DNA of 64,000 bases, from NCBI RefSeq assembly GCF_048593235.1, contig NC_133619.1, positions 614,646,558 to 614,710,557 of the forward strand. Direction: 5' to 3'. Below are positions 25,213 through 35,200 of this stretch, one piece after another. The translations under genes were made by a program, and so were the position numbers. This DNA comes from Sminthopsis crassicaudata. Lineage: Eukaryota. The notes below the pieces were generated by a model. It searched no databases and was not told the origin of the DNA. It saw only the letters and a list, made by a program, of their open reading frames with translations. Position 1 is the first letter of the stretch; each line of letters begins with the position of its first letter.

Positions 25213-27339
25213 GAAGGACGTCTCTTAAACTCTGATGCAATTGGACAATAAGGTAAAATTTTAGTTTCTTCCATATGACAGAGAGGCTGCTTTCTTCCCA
25301 ACTCCCCTTTGGCATCAAGGATTCATCCAGCCAGCCAGCCACTCACTCAACAAACTATTCAGAGAGAGGGTTACTAATCAAGTTCAACAAAACTAATAGA
25401 ACTCTCTTTTGGGGAGACATCCAGAAAGTTTCTGCCTTCAAGAAGCATCTTTTCTAGCAAAAGGTTTTAGGGCTTCGACTGGTAAGGAGCTTAGAGGTCA
25501 TTAAATCCAACTCCATTAATTTACTGAAGGGGAGATGGAGCTCCTGAGAATAGCTGTACCCAGGCAGGGACAGGTAGGATTCAACTCTGGCCCTCTGATG
25601 TCAATCTCCCTTCCCCGTATGTCACAAAGATTCCATAGACATTTTAAAGGTCTGTGACTGTTAATAGGGATTAGGACAAAACCTCCATTTGTTTAGTCAT
25701 TTCACTCAGGTTTAGTCACTGACTCTGTTACCCTATTTGGGGTTTTCCTGGCAGAGATACTAGAGGGGTTTGCCGTTTCCTTCTCCAGCTCGTTTTACAG
25801 ATGAGGAAACTGAGGCACACAGGGTGCAGTACTTGCCCAGGCTCCCACATCAGGCCAGATCTGAACTCCTGGCTCTAGGCCCGGCGTTCTACCACGGAGC
25901 CTCCAGTGTTTTGGCTGTTAGATCTGAGGCAGTCCATCACTTGGTAGTCACCTCAGGGATCCAAACTTTTGGGCTCCGTCCTTCACAGAGAGCTGGCCTT
26001 GCTCTTGCCCTTCCATAGCCTGGGAGAACCTCGCTGCCAATCTTAGAGCGGTGGTCCCGACGAGAAACCTGAGCAAGGCTCGGAAGTGGTGGCGGGTTAT
26101 TAAGGGAGCTAGTTCAGCTCGATAACCAGTGATTCTTGGTTGCATAGGTGGGCCGGCTGGGAGCCTGAGGCACAAAATGACTAAAGACACAGTTGTTGCC
26201 CTGAAGGAGCTCTCAGTCTCGGAGGTACCAGGAGGACGAGAATAAGGACGCTGCCACGGTTAAGAGATTCTGTTTCACAATCCGGTGCCCTCCTCCTAGG
26301 GATCCTGCCAGATTTGCCCTCTATCTTGCTCATACCTCGCCGTATGCACCTTGTCTCCCTTATTAGACCGGGAGCGAAGGAAATGATTTTTTTTCTTTGT
26401 ATTCCCAGAACTTAACACTGAGTCAGGCACATAGTAAAACCCATTCCAATCACTTAATTACTGAATGCTCTCCTGGTATAGTGGAAAGAGCGCTGGGTTA
26501 GCAGCCAGGACACTTAGGTCCAAGTCTTAGGGGATGCGGCGCCGGACCTGCAGTCAGGAGCCTCAAGCTGCCCGCCTCAGTTTCCCCATCTGTACATTGG
26601 GCATAAGATCCATCACCTCCCTCCCAGAGCGGTGGGGCCAGTGTCAGACGCCATTACTGCGCGGTGCTTGCTGTGTAACGTTGTACATCCCAGTTATCTC
26701 CCGCTGCAGGCTGAGCCTGGGAGGAAGGAGGGCTTCGCCTCCGGGACCAAAGGGCGCTGACGGAACCTTGGGCCAGTTACTGGTCTCTCTGGGCCTGGTC
26801 CTTCCACCAAACGAAGGCCGGCTGACCTCGGGTCCCCTCTGCTCTGTCATCACCTCTGGGTGACCTCCGGAGTCCTCTCTCGGCTCTGCCCCTCCCCGCC
26901 CCCGACCCTCCCGCGTCCTCACACAACGCCCCCGCAATGACCCGAGCAGAGAGACCGGTCACTCTCTCCCGGGCCGAACAGGAGCCATTTTCCAGCACGA
27001 GTCCTGGGAGACCCGGAGCGCCAGACCAGCTGCTTCGGGCCGTCGCTGCCCCTTGGCGAGGCGCGAGAGGCTGGACGGGCCGGGGGCGCTTTGTCACTCT
27101 GGGGGTTTTGGACTCCCGTTCCCGGGGATCCCCCTCCCCCCAGCCGGATCCGCGTGGGACCCCCCGGAGACAGACAGCCCTCGGAGGGAAGGTTCGCAAA
27201 GTTTCTGGAAGAACTCAGACACGGTGGGCAGGGGGGGAGGGAGCATCCTCGGCCTAGTCCGTCCGGTGCCGAGCGGGGCTGGCCGTGGAGCGGGTGCTAG
27301 CGAGGGGGCGGGGGCGGCCCGCGCGGTCCGCGCGGTCCG

Positions 27340-27550
27340 CCGAGGGAGGGGAAGGGGAGGGGGAGGGGGGGAGGAGAAGAGGCCGACCTCCCGGCCCTCT
27401 GGTCCTCCAGACCTGGAGAGGGCGCGGTGAGGAGCTTCGCTCCCTCGGCTCTCCTCTAGCTCTCTCATTTTCTGCTGCTCGTCCATGTGTTTCTGTTTTG
27501 TAGTGAAGCATTTGTCCTGGAAGCTCGTATTTACATTTTAAGTGTATCTG
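27340..27550 (+). other. Candidate non-coding first exon(s) of RCC2 (donors GCG|gtgagg at 27426 and CTG|gtgagt at 27550); start position unknown
   Basis: Two good 5' splice-site matches just downstream of the GC boxes. The ATG exon has its own acceptor at 28891, which implies an upstream exon. Confidence 0.5.
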
Positions 27551-28829
27551 GTGAGTGGGTTGAAATCCTTTTCTTTCCTGGGATGAGGAGGGGGGGTGCG
27601 GGAACGGGAGGGGTGCGGTTTAGAGACGAGCGGTCCGGGTATCTCTTTAATGGGAGAGGGCTTAGTTTTTTCATCACTTTTAGTCCAGGTGGGGGGCGGG
27701 GGGGCTGCAATTGAAGCGCGATCAGTTTTGGGAGCGAGGGGAAAGTTTGGTTGTTTCCTTCTCTTTAAAGAGAAAAGGTTAAAAAAAAAACCACCACCCA
27801 ACCTGGGGAAAGGGAGGGGGGGGGGGCTAGGGGGAGGTTTGANNNNNNNNNNNNNNNNNNNNNNNNNNNNNNNNNNNNNNNNNNNNNNNNNNNNNNNNNN
27901 NNNNNNNNNNNNNNNNNNNNNNNNNNNNNNNNNNNNNNNNNNNNNNNNNNNNNNNNNNNNNNNNNNNNNNNAAGCGCCGGAGGAAGGCGAGGGTAGCCCG
28001 GAGAGCTCTGCAGCCTGGGATCGGAGAACGAGCCGCCCCGAGGGGCATCCGCTGCGGGGACCGGGCCCTAGAGTTGGGGGCACCCAGCAAAGTTGCGTGT
28101 TTTTTTGGTTGGAAGAAAAAAAAAAAGCCAGGTGGTGTTTTTTTTTTTTTTTTTAATTTAAATGGAGAGGGGTAGCATTTTTTTTTTTTTTTTTTTTATG
28201 TCTCTGGGAGAGAGGGCTCTTCTTTTTCACCGGCACCCCTCCCTCGTAGGGTCCGCCTCGCCCAGAACCCCCGGGGCCTGACTTCCCTTGGGGATGGAGA
28301 AGGCCGGAGACTTGGCTTTGGATAGACCCTCCAGCCGTTTGAGGCGGGGGAGGGAGGGAGCTGGGGGAGAGGGGGAGGGGAGGGGAAGATAATTGCCATT
28401 AATTTCACTGTGGGCTTTTAAACCGGATAGGAGGGTGCTGGCAGGCGGCTCTCAGACAAAAGCAGCAGGTGGGGGAGAGGGGCGACACGACCCCCCTTTA
28501 AACGGGAGAACCCCCAGGGAGACTGCTGGACTCCTTACAAGTATTTCCAAACCCTTTGCCGCCAGGATTTCGGGGTTATTTTTGGGGAGGGGAGGTGCAA
28601 TCTTGGATGCCCTCCCCGTTTTTTACTTTTTGGAGGACGCCTTTGGGGACGCGGGGGTGCACTTGTGTACTTTGGGGGGATCTTAAAGCGTTGCATGGCT
28701 TTTCCCAAACTTGCCCCTGTGGGGCCGGCTCGGGGACTTGGGTGGGTTCGGGTCGGGCTGGTTTCGCTTTCTCCCTTCCCTAAATTGACCCCCGCTTCTA
28801 TTGTGTCGTGGATGTGCCCGCCTGACTGC

Positions 28830-28834
<5 letters not shown>

Positions 28835-28884
<50 letters not shown>
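28835..28884 (+). repeat. (TG)25 microsatellite abutting the acceptor of the RCC2 ATG exon
   Basis: Pure TG run followed directly by TTCCTAG. Confidence 0.98.
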
Positions 28885-28886
<2 letters not shown>

Positions 28887-28943
28887 CCTAGCCGGGAGAC
28901 CCAGCGCGGCCGGAGCGGGAGCAGGACGCCCATCGGGACCAGG

Positions 28944-29297
28944 ATGCCCAGGAAGAAGCTCGGCGCTGGCCTCGGAGCCGGGGCGAAGACGGCCGCCGCC
29001 GCGGCCTGGGAGCAGCAGAGCTCGGGCAACGGGACGGCGGCGGCAGCGGCGGGGGCCCGGGGCGGCCCCCCGAGGAAGGCGCGGGGCGGCGCGGCCGCGG
29101 GCAGGAAGCGGGAGCGGCCCGACCGCGGGAGCTCCAGCGGCGGCGGCAGCAGCGGGGACGAGGACGGCCTGCCCGAGCTGGACGGCGGCAGCCTCGGCCC
29201 CGGGGCCAAGCGGGCGGCCAAGCCGGCGCCGCCGGGCAAGGCGGGGGCGGGACAGGCCGTCGTCATCACGGAGCCCGAGCACACCAAGGAGCGGATA
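28944..29297 (+). CDS. RCC2: RCC2 first coding exon, coding part (MPRKKLGAG...TEPEHTKERI); exon acceptor probably at 28891/28892
   Basis: accaggATG with A at -3. Ends ATA|gtgagt (phase 0). Acceptor ttcctag|ccggg at 28891. Confidence 0.95.
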
Positions 29298-32200
29298 GTG
29301 AGTGAGGGGCCCGGGGCGGAGGGGGGGGCGCCGCGCGCGGCCCGGGCTCCTTTTCCCTCCCCATCACCCCCCCCCCATGCTGGCGGCGGGGGCGGGGGGG
29401 GCCGAAGCCCGCGTGCTCTGGGGTCCGGGGGGGAGGGGGAACGGAACGGAGTGGAACGGGGAGCTTGGGGGGGGTCATAGCCCCGCCCCCGCCGGCCGCT
29501 GGGAGCTGCCTTCTCCCTTCCCCCTCCCTTTGGGGGAATTGAGAGTTTTTAAGTTCGGTTATGAAGGGGGGGAGGAGCAGGCGGCGCCTCCGGGCGGGAA
29601 GCTAGGGGGAGTTGTGGGGGGGAAGAAGCCTCCCCGACTCCCTCCCCTCCTGCGCGCGGCGGGTTAGTCATGGCGGGGTGGGGGAAGGGGAAAGGAAGGG
29701 AGGGAGAGGCGGGGCCGGCCGCCCGCCCGCGAAGGCTCTGCAGGGAGCGGCGATTTTGCCGGGGCTTTGAGGTTCCCGCCGCCTCGGCTCCGGCGCTCGA
29801 CGAAGGGGAGGGGCCGGCGAAGCTCGGCACCGCGCATGCTCCCCCCGCCTTGCTCTCCGCCCCTTCTCCGTCGTCCTGGAAGCTGGGGGAAGCCCTGCTT
29901 TGGGGAGGGGAGGGACTGAGCCGACAGGACGCATGCCCCGTAGGACTCGCTGCCTTGAAAGTTGGGGGAGGCGGGGGCGCCGGGCCGTGAGGTGTTCCGA
30001 GCTTTGTTTCCTGTTTTGTCCTTGCCACGGGCGTGGGAGGTGGGGCGGGCGGACCGGGGGACCCCGCCCTTGGGGGACTGACTGCTCGGGGCCAGGTGCC
30101 GAACTTGTCTGGAGGGACTGTCCCTCTTCTCGGGAGGGATGAATGAGAAACACTTCATTATTGGCCCTAATAGGTGCTTAGTGCTGTAATTAAATAATAA
30201 TGGCAGCTCTCTTTTATGTAGATGTTTTTGTGGTGTGTTTACCTTCCCCTCCCCCCCACCCACACACCCGGGGTGGCCCCGGCTTAATTATCCTTTTTTT
30301 GGGCCTTTGTCTTTGGCTCATTAATTCTGGATTGGCTTGTTGGCTTCCTTATCCCAAAAGAGGCTCTGGTGGGCGCCTCTGGAGGAGCGAGCTTCCCCCA
30401 CGAGGTCCTGGGCCTGGCTAGTGAAAGAAAGCGCTTTCATACCCATTTTACGGAGGAGAAAACCGAGGCCCAGAGTGGGAGAGTTCATGATCGTTACTAA
30501 GTAGCAGAGCCGGGCCTGGAGTCCGTGTCTTTTACAGAACTTGTGCTCAGAGGAGGAGGGGGCCACAAGAACAATGATTCTTCCTTCTGGAGTCCCAACA
30601 TTCTGAGGGGCTTAAACACAGCATGAACGATTTTCACAGAGGCATTAACGGTCACTTGTCGCAGTGCAGAGGGAGGCTGGGGTGCGGAGCAGCCCGGGAG
30701 GTCCTGCTCCGCCGGCGCCTGGCCGGCCGCCGGCTCTCCCAAGGGCCCTCGGGATCCTCTGTTCTAAGGCAGACTGGATCTTTAGGATGGTCCCCTCCTA
30801 TCGGAAGGTGGTGTTGGCGTTGACACTTCAGGGAGAGCCAATCGATCCATCTCCCCATTGCTGGGTGCTTGGTTAAGGCATTAAGTCAACTGGTCTCTTT
30901 ATTTTAGATTTTTTTTTTCTCCTAGAGGTTCTTAGGGACATAGGCTAATTCAGATAGTTGCCCTGGAGATACTTCAGTTGCTAATTTTCCAACTTCGTTT
31001 TCACCTGCACGGACAGCTCAGCCAGAGCAGAATGATTTGCACCACCCCCATTTAAAGGGGCCAAATGAATTCGAGCAGCTCTTTCCCGGCCCATTCCAGG
31101 GAGCATGTTAAAAACATGACACTGATCAGAGACGCAAACTGAACCCAAAGGCTACTCATACGGGACTTCATTTGACCAAGTGATCTTCCACCTTTACTAA
31201 GATCTTATTTGGTGAAGAGACTCTTAGTTTGCCTGTTGGATAAATTACTGGGTCTGAGGACACTTGAATTCAAATTTTGCCTCAGATGGTTACTCACTGA
31301 GGAAGTCACTTAACCCCCCTGACTTCTATTTCCTCCTGTGTAAAACAGGAGCACTTACTTCCAGACTTGATTGTTGGGATTAACTAGATAACTGTAATGT
31401 GATTAGCGCAGTGCAGGCCTAGAGTACTCACAACTCTGCCACGTGTAAATGTGCATTTGACTAATTTCAAAGTGTTATATATAACTATTGACAAAGTTTT
31501 CAACTTTTCTGGGGCAAAGGGAGGGGAATCAGCATTTAGAAAATATCTTTTCAAGTTAGGTGACCTTTAGGAAAGTTGAGGGTCTTTGCAGTTAAAAACG
31601 CAAATCAATAGGAGTCAGAAAACTTTTGCTCTAGGGATATAGATGTGAAAAAAAGCCAGGCTCTGCCCCTCAGAGCTTATAAATCTAATGGGGAAGACTA
31701 TAGAAAGGGAAACTGAAGTAGAAAAAATGGTGGGAGAAGATAGCCTGTAGAGAAGGGGCATGATAAAAAAAGAAAGAAAGAAATTGATCAAGGTGGGAAA
31801 GGAGCCTCCTCCTTAAGTGGAGGTTTTGGGGCTCTTGACTCTGCCCTTTAGAGGCAGAGAGGGAGGTGTGAGGACCTGGGTTAATTGGATCTTGGAGAAT
31901 GAGATTTCCCAATGATAGGACCATCCTGGGCATGGTCCTTTTTTTTTTTTTTGAGGGGGGGCGGTTGGTGAAGCAGTTGGGGTTAAGTGGCTTGCTCAGG
32001 GTCACACAGCTATTAAGTGTTAAGTGTCTGAGACAGTTATAGACTTATTAAGTTTATTTAAGTCTGTAAGTTATAGATTTAACTATCAGGTTCTCCTGAT
32101 TCTAAGGCTGGTGCTCTATCCATTGCACCATCTAGCTACCCTCAACTTTAGTGTCTGGTATCTTATGACTTCTTTTCCCCTTGATGGTTCATTCAAAGTG

Positions 32201-35200
32201 GAAGGCTTACTAAGGAATCCATAATAAATTGTCAAGGGTTAGAATTGTGATTATATCCATTTATACCAGTGGGAGCTGTCATTTTTTAGTCCTTTGGCCA
32301 TTGGCTATTTTCTAGAAAAAGTGCTAACTTGACAGCCCAGACTTGGGAAGGCAAGAAAATCCTAATTAATTAATTAAGTCATCTTTGCCCATTTGAGTGT
32401 GAGGTGAGACGAGACCTCGTGGCTGTATTTGCATGCTTCTGATTATTAGTGATTTGGAGCAGCAGTTCATGTGGTCATCCATGGCATGGATGTTTTCCTT
32501 TAAAAACTCAGGTCCTTTGACTGCTAGAACAAGCCCTTCCCATCAAGCCAGATTAAGTGAACACATCCTTCTGTCATTGGTGGAACAGTTCAGAAAGTGG
32601 TTTTTTTTGTTGTTTTTTTTTTAAAGAACTCAGAAGTCCAGAAAAGGGGAAGAGGGGCCATTCCCAGAAACGATTTCTGTTTAATCAAGCTGGGGGAGCA
32701 GGATTGGTGGGACTCTCTCTCCATTAACCCATAGTGTAGGGGTTCTCAAACTATGGCCTGTGGGCCAAATGGGGCTGCTGAGGACGTGTATGCGGCCCCG
32801 TTATGACAAATGGGCTGAGACAGTGTGAGGTTTAGTTTTTACTCTAGTCCGGCCCTCCAACAGTCTGAGGGACAGTGAACTGGCCCCTATTTAAAAAGTT
32901 TGAGGACCACTGCCATAGTGTCTCGTTTCCCCTGGCAGTCCTTTGGAAACATGTCTAGCTATGTACTCAAAGAACTATAAAAATGTGTGCTTGTATTGTT
33001 GTCATGTCCCTGGTGATGACAGATAATGGATGTGTGTGATTATAGGCAAAGAAATTTCCTTCATTTTATTAAGTGCTTGTTTTGTGTCAAGCATGGAGTT
33101 AGGTTCTGGGGATAGAGAAATGATTCTGACTTAAAATAGAAAATAAGAAGCAGTTGTTAAACACCTACTGTGTGCCAGATTCCTACTCCAGATTCAGAAA
33201 TGACAGCCCTTTGGGGCTATATGAAAAAATTAACATGGAATCTTCATGAGATTAGCAGAAAACAATACAGATTAGTAAATATGAAATTGCTGCACAGCTT
33301 CCTGAGGGATGGAGCGAGCCCACAGCTGGAGCTTAGGATAGATAGTCTTGATAAGGGAAGGAAGCATGTCAATTCTTTCTTCCCAAGCTTAGCTCAAGGG
33401 TTGTGGGAGTCCTGGAAAGGGACTATGGGGTTTGGAGTCTACTATGACCTGGTTTCAAATCATTCTCCCACTTCCTATCTGTGTGATCTTGAGGCTCTTC
33501 TCCCTCAGGCTCAGTTTCCACAGTTATAAAATGTGTGTTGGGATTGGATTGGTCCTGAATCTGTGATGACTCGAATGCCATGTAGGGGACACGCAGGATG
33601 GCCAGTGTGATTACCCAACAGAGTTAAGTAGGTCTAATGAGGGAGGCCAGAGCCAGAATGTCAGTTTATCCTTGTTAATACTGTTAACAAGAGACAGTGT
33701 TAGAACTTATGCCTTCATTATCTTCACCTCTCTGAGCCTCTGTTCCCTCCTCTGTAAAATGGGAATAATAATAATCCTTGCCCTGTCTTCCGTGAAGGGA
33801 GCATATAGCCTGTGCCACTATTAAAAGGTTAGACATGGTCTTCAGCCTAACCCTTCAGTCCAGAGATGTCCTCCAGGGACTGCTGCTGCTGCTGCCTATT
33901 TCCTTGGCCTGAGGTCGGGACAAGCTTGGTGCTAGCATTGGTATATGGGAGGAAGCTCTCTCTGCTATGGTAGGAATTTGGTACACCCAGAATGCCTTGG
34001 GCTTGATTTATCCTCCACAGCCACACAGCCACTGTGGGTCAAGGAACCCAGACCTCGTCTTCAAGGCTAGCTCTGTCTGTTCATCCACATTGTCTCTTTG
34101 TTTCTCCCAGCCCTTCAGAAATACGTTCTCGGCAACTGAGTATCAATTTTGCTTTCATACAGACCTCACTTCCCATCTTATCGTCTCTGATTTCTCCTTG
34201 GTCCCCGGGGGCCTCTCCATTAGGGTACATCATATCTGCCCTGTGGTGGCTCCTCATGAACATGGGACATATAAGTTGGCCAGTAGAACTTGGACTCTAA
34301 TGTTGCTCCAACCTCACAACTATGGCGATTGTTATTGGGTGTGGTGGGGTGGTTTTTGGTAGTCTAGATGATCTTTAAATTTTTCATAGTGTGGAAAATT
34401 ATTTAATTGGTCAACACTGTGAGGAGGTAAGGAAGGGGTTGGGGAGAAGGGACCTCTGTGTTGATGAACTATTTATCAAAATTTTAAAAATTTGAACAAA
34501 TATGTATACTGTAAGATGACTTAAATATAGTTTTGATAGAGTAGAAGAAACATCAAAAGTCTCTGGAGCAGTTCCTGAGCCTTCTTATATGGCTGCCTTC
34601 CCTAGACAGTATTATTAAAGATAATAATGATAGCTAGCATTTATATAGGTGCCTGGTACCACATGTGCTAAGTACCCTCTAAATATTGACTCATTTACTC
34701 TTCAGAACAACTCTGCTAAGTCCATGCTGTTATTATCTGAGACCACCTGAGAAACTTGGCCAGGATCACACAGGCTAGATTCACACTCAAATTTTCCTGG
34801 CTCCAAGACCAGCGCAGTATCCCCTAGCTGTGTTATAAAAGTGGAAGCATTTGGCTGGAAATGTATTTATGAAAATATATTTATATTTATGAAAATTACT
34901 GATACTTGTATTATTTTTAATTTTTTTTTTATGCTGATAAGCTTGTGAACTAGCTCTCTTTTCCCCCCATCCCCACAGAAGTACATTCCCTGAAATACTG
35001 ATTAATTAAAAAGAAGGAATGGGTCAGTGAGCCCTTTGACTTTGGTCTTGATCCTACCTGAGTCTGGCTTCCTCCCCATAGAGACTATCTCCATTGCTGT
35101 GCCCAATATTGAAGTCCCCTCTGGGTACTCTGGCTTTATGCAAATTGTCCCATTTTTTTTCTCCTGAATTCTTCATGGTTTGTCCTTTTTAAATATGCAG

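Larger units (their letters stand above)
26760..30110. promoter_or_regulatory. CpG island / RCC2 promoter region
   Basis: Sharp rise in GC and CpG density relative to the CpG-depleted flanks. Tandem GC boxes GGGGCGGGGGCGG at ~27305-27317. Spans the first coding exon. Confidence 0.9.

Noticed and set aside
26534-30876. Many overlapping 60-270 aa ORFs on both strands in the CpG island
   Set aside because: Stop-codon scarcity in GC-rich DNA and antisense shadows of the RCC2 exon explain them. Only 28944-29297 matches a known protein.
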